64,000 nt of DNA from Mobula hypostoma (lineage: Eukaryota): assembly GCF_963921235.1 (NCBI RefSeq), contig NC_086125.1, forward strand, positions 20,336,001 through 20,400,000, written 5' to 3'. This document shows, piece after piece, positions 24,142 to 38,129 of this stretch. The notes below the pieces were generated by a model. It had not been told where the DNA came from, ran no database searches, and saw nothing but the letters and a program-made list of their open reading frames with translations. A program made the position numbers and the translations under genes. How positions within the stretch are numbered: position 1 is the first letter of the stretch; each line of letters opens with the position of its first letter.

Positions 24142-27100
24142 ATGGCCTGTTCCTTCTCTGTGAATTTCAATGCAAGCACCACAAACGAGATGCTGGCGGG
24201 CAGAGGTTAATGTTGACTGAAGCTTTTCCGAAAGGAAAAGAATGAGGAAAGAGAGATATTGGAGTAGTTATGTCAGTGCAGTAACAGAACTTGAAGGAAC
24301 AGCATTGCTGGAAATACATCAAGCCCGAGTGGGAGAACTCAGCGTTCTCAGGCTGGTGACTGGGGCCTCCAGTCCAACAGCTTGTTCTCATCAAGCTGCC
24401 CGGGCTTCAGCACAGCTCCACTTTCCCACACTGTCACGTCCCCGGCCGTCCATGCAACCAGCTGCGGTCTGTCAGCTGCCCCACCGCCAGCCCTCGTGGC
24501 GGGCTCCCCTGCCCTCAATACTCCCTGTCCCCGCGCTACCAACCCCTGTTCCCAAGGGGGCTGAGGAGAGGACAGGGGCAAGGAGATCCTGACTGACCAG
24601 GTGTGCCTTCGAACGGGGAGCGTCACTGTGAGGAGCCTCCTTTTGTGCACGATGAACGAACTGCAGGTTATTCCCCCAAGCAGGTTAGGGTATTGTTACA
24701 TTGAACAGCGGGTGGGCCAGGCAAGGATTAAAGAGCCGTCTTTTCTTATAATCCAGCTGTTCTCCGCAGCTGCTCGGCAGCAACAGCGATAGACATTCCA
24801 TCGGCAGAGGGAAAGGCAATAAAATGTGAGCTGGCAGGGGAAGGATAAGTTCAAGTGGTGGTGAATGAACTTATCCACGTTGGTCCAGTAATGAGATGTC
24901 AGTCACTGAATGCCATCTCAGCGGGCGTGAAACATTTTGTTTACTTTATTTAGAGATACGGCGTGAAACAGGCCCTCCCGGCCTAACCCAGCAACCCACC
25001 CTGGCCTAATCACAGGACAATTAACCTGACCAGCACATCTTCTGAACGTGGGAGGAAACCAGAGCACCTGGAGGGAACACCGTGCTCATGGGGAGGAACG
25101 TACAAAGTCCTGACAGGAGGCATTGGAGCCGAACTCGGAATTCTAGTGCCCTGAGTTTCACAAGACCACAACACACAGGAGCAGAGTTAGGCCACTCGGA
25201 CCATCGAGTCTTTACAAACTGCTGAAAAACTAGAGGTGCTGTCACACCTTCCTTCTGATGACACTTGTCTGCTAAACCCAGGACAGATACATTAATGCCA
25301 AGGAGTCCTATGTCCTCCCATACATCAGTCGCCAGAATTGTTTCTATTACAGGGGTCGTCACCCAGAGAAACCAGCAATGATTTTCTCATCATGTTAAAC
25401 ATGGAATGCCAAACTCTACAGTTTGGGAAGAATTATCCCAAAACTCTTCATTGCTCAAGAAAAACATCCTCCCTTGTTCTGGCTCACAGCCAGGTTCTGC
25501 CCTAGTCTGAAACAAGCTAACTTTGTAACTTGCTTGAAGGGTAGAACTAGGGTGAATAGAAGCCTTCCTCAAAACATAGGATACCACAGGCTAGTCAGAC
25601 CATTCTAGCCATGCCAACATTCGTACACCTCTCCTTGTCTGCCAGGCTTCCCTCGTGTGTGTGTGTGCACCTGTGTTGTTTCATTTTTACAGCAGTTAGC
25701 TGTTGAATGGTTTCCAGCTGTCCACGGTTGGATTCATCCCATAGAAACTGGAGTCTAGAAGAATGAAGGGGAATCTCAATTGAAACTTGTCAAATATTGA
25801 AAGGCTGGACATTGACAGGATGTTGGGGGGGGTGGGGGGGGTTGTGGTTCTAGGACCAGAGGGCGCAGCCTCAGCATAGGACAGAATTTGAGGAGGAATT
25901 TCTTTAGCAAGAGGATGGTGAGCCTGTGGAATTCATTGCCACAGACAGATGCGGAGACTGAGTCCTTGGGTATACTTGAAGTGGAGGTTGATCTATTCTT
26001 GATCAGTAAGGGCATCAAAGGTTATGGAGAGAAGGCAGAAGAAAGGGGTCGAGAGGATTAATAAATCAGCCATGGATCGAATGGCGGAGCAGACTCCATG
26101 GGCCAATTGGCCTAATTATGGTCTTAGGTGAATCTATCAGCATACCTTCCAATAAATACCACTCGACTCATGGGCAGGGGCTATCCCGCTGTCATCCAAC
26201 CCTTAAGAGACCTTGACCTCCCAGTTCCATCGCTCTGTGGCCCTTGTACTTCACTTGCCTACCGACTGACTACATGTGCCGTGTTTGTGCTTTGCACCCT
26301 GGTCCCAGAGGAACGATGTTTCCTTTAGCTGTATATTTGTGTACGGTTGAGTGATGATAAACTTGAACTTCCCCTGTAACTCTAACACTGTATTCTGTTA
26401 TCTTTTTACTGTCTCGCTGGAATTACACCATGATCTGTCGGGATGTTCTTTGATGTGTTCTGTGTTGTTCTGCCAAGCATTGTGGGGCGCCAAAATGTGA
26501 CACTTGTCAGCTGCCTCCAGCACACCCTCGGATGTGATGGTCATTAACACAAGCAGTTCACTGTATACATGATTAAAAAAACTTAATTCTTGAAACAAAC
26601 TTGTATCTCAGATGGCACGCAAGTAAAAGCTCTCCAACGCGTCACAGTACGTGCAACAATAATAAACCCAACTGTCCCTTTTTCCTCCACGACTTGTCCA
26701 GCCTCCCCAGAAATGCATTCAACCAAAACATCCTCCAAGCTACACCCTTGGGAAATGTTTTGTGAAATGAAATTTTCCAAATTAAAAAAGACTGGGCAGA
26801 CGTTTATATAGTTCATTCCTGTAGATGGGCACTTTTCGTTGGTGAGACAAGAGTTTAAAGTAAAGTTGGAGAAGTTTAGGGAGAACCTTCCAGAGCTTGT
26901 GGTTAAGGCAGCTAAAGGCATGGCCACCAGCAGCAGGGCCAACCATTTTTATTTAGAGATTTAGTGCAGAACAGGCCCTTCACAGCCCAATGAGCCAAAC
27001 CGCCGAGCAACCCACCTATTTAACCCTAGCCTAATCACCGGACAATTTACAATGACTAATTAACCTACTAATCCGTACATCTTTGGACTGTGGGAGGAAA

Positions 27101-28205
27101 CCAGAGCACCTGGAGGAAACCCACTGAGATCATGAGGAGAATGTTCAAACTCCTTACAGACAGCGCGGGAACTGAATTCCAAACTCTGGCGCCCCAAGCT
27201 GTAACAGCGTCGTAAACACACAAGAAAATCTGCAGATGCTAGATAGTTCATGTGTGTGTGTGCGCTGTAAAAGCATCACGCTATGCTACAAACACCGACA
27301 TTTCGAGAGTCTAGAACTGGAGGAGAATAGATTGCTGGCAAAGCTGAGTGAGATCAGGGAGGTAGGGAGCGGTGAGGCGAGAAATGAGAAATGAGACTGT
27401 GTTGCCCAGTCACTAAGTCCCATCTGTCTCCACTCCAAGTCTCTGCGTAGACAGCCCAGGAAGAGCTGCCCTCCCCAACACTGAGCACATTTACAGGGAG
27501 CTGCACAAGAGAGCAGCTTCCATTATCAAAGACCCTCACCATCCAGGCCATGCTCTCTTCTCACTGCTGCCATCGGGCAGCAGATACAGGAGCCTTCGGT
27601 ACCACACCATCAGGTTCAGGAACAGTTATTACTCTACGGCTGTCAGGCTCCTCAACCAGTGTGGATAACTTCACTCACCTCAACTCTGAACTGATTCCAT
27701 CTTACAGACTCACTTTCACGGACTCCACAACTCACACTCTCAGTAACTCACACTCTGTCTTATTTCTTTGTTTGGTTGTTTACATAATTTGTCTTCTTTT
27801 GCACATTGTTTGTTTGTCAGTCTTAACTTACTGTATGCATACTTCTCATAAATTCTATTGTATTTCCTTATTTTCTTGTAAATGCCTCCAAGGAAATTAA
27901 CTCAGGGTTGTATATGGAGACATACATGTACTTTGATAATAAATTTACTGTGAACTTTGAACTTTAAAAAAACAGCACCACTTTCAGGACGGCCTGAAGC
28001 TCTGGCCTGCATGTGTGCATCTCCGGAGTCGGACTTGAACCGCCAATCTGTAGGCTGAGGGGCAACAATACCACATGCTGCACCGAGCCCGCCCTCCCAT
28101 TGCACGATCTGGAGGTTGGCTTTAAAAACGGTGACTCCTTACCTTCGTTGTTGGGGGCAGAGAGTATGAATGTTACGAGGTTATAAAACCTTGGTTAGGC
28201 CACAC

Positions 28206-28892
28206 TTAGATTAGATTAGATTATGAGGACACTCAGTCCTCGTTTATTGTCATTTAGAACTGCATGCATTAAAAAATGATACGACGTTCCTCCAGAATGA
28301 TATCACAAGAAAACACAGGACAAATCAAGACTAAAACTGACAAAACCACATAATTATAACATATAGTAACAACAGCGCAAAGCAATACCATAATTTGATA
28401 AAGAGCAGACCATGGGCACGGTAAAAAAATGTCTCAAAGTCCCGATAGACTCATCATCTCACGCAGACAGTAGAAGGGAGAAACTCTTCGTGCCATGAAT
28501 CTCCAAGCGCCACCAACTTGCCGATGCAGCACCATTGGAAGCACCCGACCGCAGCGGACTCCGAGTCCGTCCGAAAACTTTGAGCCTCTGACCAGCCCCT
28601 CTGACACAGCCTCTCCGAGCACCATCCTCTGCCGAGCGCTTCGACCCCGCCCCGGCCGCCGAGCAACAAGCAAAGCCGAGGACTCGGGGCCTTCTTCTCC
28701 AGAGATTCTGGACCACACAGTAGCAGCAGCAGTGAAGCAGGCATTTCAGAAGTTTCACCAGATGTTCCTCCGTGCTCTCACGTCCGTCTCCATCAAATCA
28801 GGATTGTGCACGGCACCCTACTTGACAAGTAACAGACATCACCACCGGACTGGCTGCTGCGAGCCGCGTCACGCCGCCATCTTCTCCTCCCC
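28206..28892 (-). mobile_element. ~650-bp non-autonomous LINE-like retroelement, full-length copy 3 (inside a CR1)
   Basis: Reverse complement of the same family. Confidence 0.8.
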
Positions 28893-30757
28893 TTGCAGCA
28901 TAACCTGCAATGCTGGTCGCCTCATGACACGAGGATGTGGAGGCACTGGAGAGGGTTTGGAAAGGATTTACCCGGATTGGAGGACGTTAGCGAAAAGGAA
29001 AGGTAGGACAGTCTGGGGCTGTTTTCTCCAGAGTGTCGAAAGCTGAGAGGAGACCTGATTAACACACACAGAACGCTGGAGGGACTCGGCAGGCCAGGCA
29101 GCATCTATGGACAGCAGTACAGTCGACATTTTGGGCCAAGAGCCTTCTTCAAGATAGTAGTTAATAAAACTGTAAAATTCTGGGTGGGCAGCCAGAATAT
29201 TTCTCCCAGGGTAGAAATGGCAAATACAAGAGGGCATGAGTTTAAGGTGGGGGGGGGGGAAGTTTGGGGACTTTTTCATGCAAAGAGTGATAAGTACATG
29301 GAACAGGCTGTCAAGGGTGGCAGTGGAAGCAATGGAGGTATTCAAGAGGCTTTTAGATAGGCACATGAATATGTAAGGGATGGATATGGATCATGTGCAG
29401 GCGCAAGGGATTAGTTTAATTTGGCATTAGGCCAAAGGGCTGTACTGTTCTACTTTAACGCTCTACATTTTACCTGTCTTCTCCAGCACTGGGGGAGCCG
29501 ACAACTAGAGAGCACAGATACAAGATAATAGGGGGGAGATTTCGGAGACCTGAGAGGCCACTTCTTTAAACAGAGGATAGTGAGCGCCTGGAATGAGCTG
29601 CCAGAGGGAGTGAATGAGGTGGGTACACTTGGAAAATTCAAGAGGCATTTGGATAGGTACATGGAGGGGAGGGGTTTGGAAGGTTGTGGGCTGAAGGCAG
29701 GTAACTGGGACTGGCAGCGCCAGCTTGGAACAGTCCCTTTTCCGTGCTGTGTTACTCTATAACTCCACAACAAGGCGTCTTCCCAGCTGATGTGTAGGCA
29801 CAGTTTCTGCAGCCTACTTGGGAGAGGGGGCACTCACCACCAGTTGGGAAAAGGCCAAGGGCTGACCTGTACGTTGGGGGAAGAAAAATGCAGCCGGCCA
29901 GGCCTGAAGGGGTCAGTGTGGCCGTGGAGACATGCGATAGGTCTCCGGGTGTCAGGAAAGCTGCACTAACCTCTGCCTCCCCGCCATTCAGAAGCTGGCA
30001 CGCTAGAAAGAGTTTACATTTTTATGGCGGGAGAGGAGGAGAAGAATTCAACCCAAAGAAAAAGCCATTGATACACATCGAGAGAAAGATGTGAAAAATG
30101 ATTTAAAATGATTAACAACGGTGCAGAAGGAGTTGCCCCCATTGTTGTTCTGTGGTGGTCATTTTGCCTCCTTTTGTTTTCTCTTAATGGACACAAGAAT
30201 TAAGACTAAAACACGGCATTGTGGGGAGAGAAAGGGGGTCAGAGGGTCAGTTGCCACACAAAGAGGCTGATTTAGGCCCCAAGCTCCGCTCTTCCAACCT
30301 TAAAGTTCAGTGGCTGCATTCCATAAGCTGCTGTCTCCAGTGCTGCGGAAATGGGCTGATCCACTCATCATGAGCAGAGCTTGGATAATGGGGTATTACA
30401 CAGCCCTCCTTCTGAGGCAGCCGCATTCTACGTCCCAGCAGGTGCCTGGCCCCTCCGAACCGTATCTCCCTCCCACAAAACACGCCCTCAGCTCCCACTC
30501 CTTCCCAGCTTAGGCACTCCCTCCCCTGCCCGTCAGCAACAACATCTTGTGACTGCTGCCCAACAGGTGAGCGTTGGAAAACACACCCATGGGGACGGAA
30601 GCAGGTAACCTGCCTGCCCTTTGGCACAGGTTGGCTGTGAGCTGCCAGAGGAAGTGGCCGAGGCAGCTGGAAGAATAATATTTAGAAAGCACTGGGATGG
30701 GTATCCGGAAGGGAGGAGGCCTGGTGGGATATGGGTGGAAACTGGGAAGTAGGACTA

Positions 30758-31292
30758 CAGACATCCCACCCTGCAAAAACTCATTTCAGGGAGGCAGCAC
30801 CATCCATTTGCGGGAGACTCCCGGGAGAGGTGGGATGTCTGAAACAGAGTAGCTCCTTAGCAGCTGGCCAGCTAGTTTAAATAATGTTAGCTATGCTAAT
30901 GAACAAATGACACCTGTTAAACTCACCTCAACATGACTTTTACAGTCTTAACCCACCATGGGCAATAGAAAAGTCACTGTTGCAAACAGTGCAGCGAGCA
31001 ACACTGTCATTACTTTTGACCCCTATTAGGCAGGGGTACACTTTAGGGTAGTCTGGGGTGAAGTGTGTTTTATATTTTCTTTTTTTGGAACACTCTGCCA
31101 TGGCACGTTCGTGTTCTCGTTCTCTCTCTCATTCTCTCTCTCATTCTCTCTCTCTCTCTCGTGATCACTCTCGCGCTCTCTCGCTCTCAAAAAAATTGAT
31201 TTCCAGGATATTGTACGTAATTTGCGGGCATCAGGGAGCCACTATTAATATGCGGGAGACTCCCCGAACTTCCGGGAGAGGTGGGATGTCTG
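30758..31292 (-). mobile_element. Non-autonomous hAT-like DNA transposon with BED-finger remnant
   Basis: TIRs CAGACATCCCACC / GGTGGGATGTCTG; 6-bp TSD GGACTA; remnant MAECSK...CTVCNSDFSIAHGG. Confidence 0.8.
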
Positions 31293-31567
31293 GGACTAGC
31301 AGGGTGGACGTGATTGGCATGGACGAGCTGGAACTAGGGGAACTCACCAGAATCAGGTTTATCATCACTAACATACGTCATGAAATGTGCTGTTTTGCAG
31401 CAGCCATACAGTGCAATTCAGAAAATATACTATAAATTACAATAATATATATAAGTTAAATATATCTCTTATTGTAATTTAGAATCTGTTGTTTTGCAGC
31501 AGCAAGAGAGTACAAGACAAAATATGCTATAAATTACAATAAGAAATGCATATATATATAAATAATA

Positions 31568-31573
<6 letters not shown>

Positions 31574-31621
<48 letters not shown>
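31574..31621. repeat. (TA)n microsatellite
   Basis: Seen directly. Confidence 0.95.
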
Positions 31622-31624
<3 letters not shown>

Positions 31625-33056
31625 TTAAATACATCTCTTATTGTAACTTACAGCATATTTTATGTGTTGTACTGCACTGCTGCCGCAAAGCAACAAATTT
31701 TTAGGAGAGACACACACACACACACACTCACACACAAAATGCTGGAGGAACTCAGCAGGTCAGGTAGCATCTATGGAATTGAATAAACAGTCAGCGTTTC
31801 AGGCCGAGACCCGTCATCAGGCCCGAATTAATAACGGTTTATTCATTTCCATGGATGCTGCTTGACAAGTTGAGTTGCTCCAGTATTTAGTGTGTATTGC
31901 TCAGAATCTCCAGCATCTGCAGGATCCCTTGCGCTTGTAAAATCTGACAACAATGCGTCGAAGGTAATCAACCTGATTTTGACCCTGTCACTCATCCCCT
32001 CCTCTGACTGTAGGTGTGCTGCAGTTAAACAGCTTAGAGCTCAGCTAGCAAAGTCACCGTCTCACAAACCCAAAGACAGATGCTCAATCCTGACCAATGT
32101 CTGAATGCCTTGCAAGTTCCCCTTATGACTTGTGTGGGTTTCCTCTGGGTGCTCCAGTTTCCGCCCACGTCCCCAAGACATGCAGATTGATGGGCTAGTT
32201 GGCCTCTGTAAATTTCCCTTATTATGCAGGAAAGTCGGGTTGGGGGGACGGGGGGGGGGAGGTGGAATGAATAGGAACTCATACGATCACCATAAGACAT
32301 TGGACCAGAATTAGGCCATTCAGCCCATCAAGTCCATTCCACCATCGAATCATGGCTGATTTACTTTCCCTCTCAACCCCATTCTCCTGCCTTCTCCCGG
32401 TAACCTTTGACACCCTACTAATCAACCTCTGCTTTAAATGTACCCAATGGCTTCACCTCAACAGCTGTCTGTGGCAATGAATTCCACAGATTCACTGCAA
32501 CCTGCCGAAGGAAATTCCCTCCTCTTATCCGTTCTATAGGGATGTCCCTTCGAATGTGAGGCTGTGCCCTCCAGTCCAAAGATGCATGGGTGAGGGTTAG
32601 TGAGTTGTTGGTGACAGAAGCACAGCAACACTTCCGGACCGCCCCCAAAGTATCCTTGGAGTTTGTTGGTGCAAAATGGTGCGTTTCACCACAACGTACA
32701 TCTGAGAAATAAAGCTAATCCTAATCTCTACCCAGGATTGGCCTACATACCACTCGACCTGTGTTTCTGTCATTTGCCTCCAGCATAGGACTGGCACCTC
32801 AGAAATGACCACCTGACATATCTTCATCAAAGAAGACAACAGTTGGTTTATTTAAGTCAAACAGGCTAAAGTTATGTACAGGCTAAGATTGCAGTGAACC
32901 GGGCAATTCATCGCCTAATTAACTGAATTTAAATTCCCCAGCTGCTGTGGAGGGATCTGAACTCGTCTTTGGAACCTGTCCAGGACTCTGATTACTAGTC
33001 CAGTAACATTGCGGCTATGCTGCATGGCCTTTTTAAAAACCCAACGGGGTTTAACA

Positions 33057-33294
33057 TTCACACAAGGGATTCTACAGATGCTGGAAATCTTGAGCAACAC
33101 ACACACACAAAACGCTGAGGGAACTCAGCAAATCAGGCAGCATCTATGGTGGGGGGAACAAATAGTCGACATTTCGGGCCGAGACCCGTCAGCGGATCCT
33201 GATGAAGGGTCTCAGCCCAAAACATCAGCTGTTTTTGCCCCTCCATAGATGCTGCCTGCCTTGCTGAGCTCCTCCAGCATTTTGTGTGTGTTGC
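33057..33294. mobile_element. Miniature Penelope-derived fold-back element with two degenerate back-to-back hammerheads
   Basis: GATGCTGGAAATC...GTCGACATTTCGGGCCGAGACCC / CTGATGAAGGGTCTCAGCCC...TGTGTGTTGC. Similar copies at ~3364-3590, ~19160-19350, ~31708-31935 and ~57640-57890. Confidence 0.8.
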
Positions 33295-33558
33295 GTAGTG
33301 AGCTGGCAGCACTGCTCAGTGCTTGTCACCTGCTCTCCATTCCCATGGCCTATGTTATGAGGCTCACCCTCAATTATAGTACAATAGGGTCAGAGGTTAA
33401 CTTTCAGATACTGAGATAAAGATGAATTGGCTCTCACTTCCCTCCCAGTTTAATCCTTCCTCCCTCAACCCCCCGGAAGGATTTCCAACAAAGTTATTAC
33501 AACTCGGTTGGTAGGGCTTTCCAAAGGGCCAATAAGCAAACTTGATTGGCCACTAGCA

Positions 33559-34232
33559 CCCGATGTGGCCTTCTATATATTGGCGAGACCCGACGCAGAC
33601 TGGGAGATCGTTTCACTGAACACTTACGCTCCGTCTGCCAGAGAAAGCAGGATCTTCCAGTGGCCACACATTTTAATTCCACGCCCCATTCCCATTCTGA
33701 TATGTCTATCCACGGCCTCCTCTACTGTCAAGATGAAGCCACACTCAGGTTGGAGGAACAACACCTTATATTCGATCTGGGTAGCCTCCAACCTGATGGC
33801 ATGAACATTGACTTCTCTAACTTCCACTAATGCCCCACCTCCTCCTTGTACCCCATCCGTTATTTATTTTCATACACATTTTTTTCCTCTCTCTCTCTCT
33901 CTCCTTTTTCTCCCTCTGTCCCTCTGACTATACCCCTTGCCCATCCTCTGGTTTCCCCCCCCTTCCCCCTTTTCTTTCTCCCTAGGCCTCCCGTCCCATG
34001 ATCCTCTCGTATCCCCTTTGCCAATCACCTGTCCAGCTCTCGGCTCTATCCCTCCCCCTCCTGTCTTCTCCTATCATTTCAGATCTCCCCCTCCCCCTCC
34101 AACTTTCAAATCTCTTACTCACTCTTCCTTCAGTTAGTCCTGGCGAAGGGTCTCGGCCCGAAACGTCGACTGCACCTCTTCCTAGAGATGCCGCCTGGCC
34201 TGCTGCATTCACCAGCAACTTTGATGTGTGTT
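33559..34232 (+). mobile_element. Penelope-like element 3' fragment (partial GIY-YIG plus 3' UTR)
   Basis: ORF 33546..33830 RCGLLYIGETRRRLGDRF...QPDGMNIDFSNF. Same 3' UTR as the 40.7-42.9 kb element; hammerhead core mutated to CUGGCGA. Confidence 0.9.
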
Positions 34233-35803
34233 ACACATAATTAGTAATCGTTTCACCCCCAACTACCCTATTGAAGCCCTCAGCAGTATTTTTGTGGGCG
34301 GTATATTTCAAGGATCAAGAATCAACTTTATTTGCCATATACATCTACACGTATTAGGAATTTGCTGTGGTGTGTTAGTGTGACATGCAGCAAAAAACAA
34401 CATTCAACAATTATAAAGAGTAAAGAATTATATCAAAATAAAGATAGAGGTTAAAGTTCAGATGTGGAATAAAATGTGCATAATTACATAAATACCAGCA
34501 TGGATGGTTGGAAGAAACTTCAGAAGGAAATATGACCCTCAGTGGTCTCTTTATTAGAGACACCTGTACACTTGCTCATTAAACAAAAAAAAGTTCCATC
34601 GGACTTTTTGCACCAACCACCTCTTCAGATCAAGCCAATATAACAGTATATAATTTTTTTTTAAATACACGCAGTGACCACTTTATTAGGTACACGTACT
34701 CATTAATGCAAATATCTGATCAGCCAATCATGTCACAGCGACTCAAAGCACAAAAGCATGCAGACATGGTCAAGAGGTTCAGTTGCTGTTCAGAATCACA
34801 AGCATCAGAATGGGGAAGAAGTGTGATCTAAGTGACTTTGACAATGGGATGATTGTTGCTGCCAGACGGGGTGGTTTGTGCAACTCAGAAACTGCTGATC
34901 TCTAGGATTTTCACACACAACAGTCTCTCTAGAAAGGAACCTGGGTCATTGGCGCTATGAACTGTTACGCTAACCACATGCTGCTCTCATGTATTAGTAT
35001 AGGATTACAGTAGGATTAGTGTAAAATTGGTGATGCTCAGTGCCAGCTTGGTGGCTGAAGGGAAGTTTCTGAGCCATTCTCTCCATCGCTCCAGCGGAAT
35101 CCCTTTCTAAAGCCGACTGCCCACCATAATATACACAGATGAGCTCACAGTATCCCTGGCGGTGTATCGCCCACAACCCGTCCCTGCTTTAGCCAGGCCA
35201 ATAGCTGAAGACAACAGCAGCAGCCAGCCAGGTCAACCTGAGAGGGCTGTGTGTGCCAGATCACTCAGGTTTTGCACTTTGTTTTAGGACCATCCTTGTT
35301 GTCAAGGTTATGACACTGCTGGTCTCATCTATGTAAATCAGATTCCTCTGATTAAGAGCAAATGGGAAATTAAGGTCATGTGACCTCTTCTGTGGTGGGC
35401 ACCTCTGCTCTGGCCTCACTGGAAGGCACCAGAACACAGAGTGAATGGAACTAGGGAATGAAAAGGAATGTCTTCTCCACCATGTAATAAGATTAAAGAT
35501 GATCTAATTATAACCTTAATTCCCCATTTCTATCCAACCTCCATAACCTTTCACCCCTTGCTTATCAAGAATCTATCTGCCTTAAAAATATTTAAAGACC
35601 ATCTCACAGCACTTTGAGGAAAAGAATTCCAACGACCCATGATTCCAAGAAAGACTTTTACCTCATCCCTTTCTGTGTCGCAATAAAAGTGAGACAGCTG
35701 AATTTGTTTTACTGTTGTGGTCAGGTCATCTTAAGAATTCTTGAAACCCACACAGTAGCACTTTGAGGGGAAATATTTTCCAGCACACCGGACTGTGCAA
35801 AAG

Positions 35804-35817
35804 GTTCCCATGGCAAC
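35804..35817. promoter_or_regulatory. RFX X-box motif
   Basis: GTTCCCATGGCAAC matches the palindromic X-box consensus and lies in non-repeat sequence. Function untested. Confidence 0.45.
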
Positions 35818-36612
35818 AGCAGATAAGTGCTGCTCACAGTGACCGTGACAGATTTTTCCATCACCCACAGAAGAGCAAACATTTTCTGCAACCAGCTTTC
35901 TAATCATTTTCCCTCCTCATTTGGTCCCAGCCATCACCACACAGCTTATTCTCCTTCCCCTCCCCACACCTTGTTATCCTGGCTCCTGCCCCTTTCCCTT
36001 CCTGATGAAACCCCTCAAAGGTCGCCACGGTAACATAGCAGTTAGTGCGATGCCATTACAGCTCTAGGTGTCAGAGTTTGGAGTTCATACATTCTTCTCC
36101 ACGGGATGCACAGGTTTCCTCCAGGTGCTCTGGTTTCCTCCCACAGTCCAAAGACATAGCAGTTAGTAGGTTAACGGTCATTGTAAATTGTTCTGCAATT
36201 AGGCTGGGGTTAAATTAGTGGGTTGCTGGCAATGTGGCACAAAGGACCACAAGGGCCTATTCTGCACCATCTCTAAACAAATAAATAACCATCGACTGTT
36301 CATTCCCCTCCATAGATGCTACCTGACGGGCTGAGCTCCTCCAGCACTTTGTGTGTGTTGCTCAAGATCTCCAACATCTGCAGAATCGCTTGTGTGTAGG
36401 GTAAAAAACGAGACTGTTTCCCTTCAATTAACCTGTATAGGAAATCCACAAGGAGATTAGGCCATTTACACCAGCAATGGGCATTTGGGGTATGCCGAGG
36501 GTTCAGAGGTCATGTGATGTCATTTCAAGGAATAAGCCCAACCACAGCTGGTCACCTAACCTCCAGCCATCTTTGTGGTTGGCTCGTAACCACAGTCTAG
36601 GACAGACAATTA

Positions 36613-37318
36613 CAGACATCCCACCCTGCAAAAACTCACTTCAGGGAGGTAGCACCACTACCACCACCCCTCGCAACCCCATATACCCCATATCCCCCCC
36701 CCCCGGTCGACCTCCAAGGGTGTATGTATACAGGACATTTGATTATGAAAGAACACAACAATTTATTTGATCACATATTGAAACTATTTACATATATATA
36801 TTCCTTGTTGAGTATTTTGTTGGCAGTCTCAATGCTAATAGCTAAATGCTAATGCAAATAGCTTTTCTATTTCTTTTGCAAACTTTCCTTGTACTGTGAT
36901 GTGGCTTGTTTGGCAGATTTGAGCATTTTGCCGGAGTCATTTTTTATATCGTGGAATCATTTTTTTATTCTATTACAACTTTAAGCAAGTCTACAGGGAG
37001 TTTGGCCTCATCACTTAGGACATCAATAGAGTAGCTCCTTAGCAGCTAGCCAGCTAGTTTAAATAACGTTAGCTATGCTAATGAACAAATGACACCTGTT
37101 AAACTCACCTCAACATGTCTTTTACAGTCTTAACCCACCATGGGCAATAGAAAAGTCACTGTTGCAAACAGTGCAGCGAGCAACGCTGTCATTATTTTGA
37201 CCCCTATTAGGCAGGGATACACTTTAGTGTAGTCTGGGGTGAAGTACGTTTTATATTTTCTATTTTTGGAACACTCTGCCATGGCGCTGCAGGACACTAA
37301 AATGAATTGATGGACAAT

Positions 37319-37354
<36 letters not shown>

Positions 37355-37449
37355 AGAAGTCGACTGTAACGCACGCCCACAGAGAAAACTGATAGGTCTA
37401 CTTAGCACAAAGAGAGACCAATCAGGATTCAGATTTTGGTTTTTTTCTC

Positions 37450-37498
<49 letters not shown>

Positions 37499-37599
37499 AA
37501 GATAGGTTTCCAGGATATTGTATATAATTTCAGGGCGTCAGGGAGCCGCGATCAATATGCGGGAGACTCCCGGAACTTCTGGGAGAGGTGGGATGTCTG
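36613..37599 (-). mobile_element. Longer deletion derivative of the same hAT-like family
   Basis: Same TIRs; ORF 37130..37408 contains MAECSKNRKYKTYFTPDYTKVYPCLIGVK; extra internal sequence at ~36660-37025. Confidence 0.8.
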
Positions 37600-37821
37600 T
37601 CAGTGATGCCCACAATCTATAAACGAATAAATAGAAACTGCTTCTGAGAGCTTCACAGCAGTAGATTTTAGTCAAATATTTATTTCTCCAGAAAGGCAGT
37701 ATGAGGTATAAAAGGTTGCCAATGGCGCCAAGGAACGTGTAAATCTAAAAGGGGCCTAGAAATCAGGCTGGAATACTTCAAAGCATTAACAGTGGCTAAA
37801 ATATCACGTATTCAAAATATC

Positions 37822-38129
37822 TAATAGGCATCCGTTAGTCTCATAAGACCATGGATTTGCGTCTTGGAAGTTTTCCAGGGTGCAGGCCTGGGCAAGGTTG
37901 TATGGAAGACCAGCAGTTGCCCACGCTGCAAGTCTCCCCTCTCCACGCCACCGATGTTGTCCAAGGGAAGGGCATTAAGGACCTATACAGCTTGGCACCG
38001 GTGTCGTCGCAGAGCAATGTGTGGTTAAGTGCCTTGCTCAAGGACACACGCTGCCTCCGCCAAGGCTCGAACTAGCGACCTTCAGATCACTAGACAAACA
38101 CCTTAACCACTTGGCCACGCACCAACACA
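37822..38129 (-). mobile_element. tRNA-derived CORE-type SINE (other copies at 14251-14549 and 47507-47810, also minus)
   Basis: A box TGGCCAAGTGG, B box GTTCGAGCC, CORE-like GTGTCCTTGAGCAAGGCACTTAACC. TSD ATTCAAAATATC at 37810-37821 and 38130-38141. Confidence 0.82.

Noticed and set aside
30050-30250. Sox-motif enhancer (CATTGT at 30140 and 30217)
   Set aside because: Two 6-mers are within chance expectation; conservation data would be needed.
34136-34171. Additional active hammerheads (also near 19230, 31800, 33170, 51020, 53320, 56185, 57760)
   Set aside because: Each has a core or cleavage-site lesion (for example CUGGCGA, GAAA to AAAA, GUG or GCU triplet, or a core deletion).
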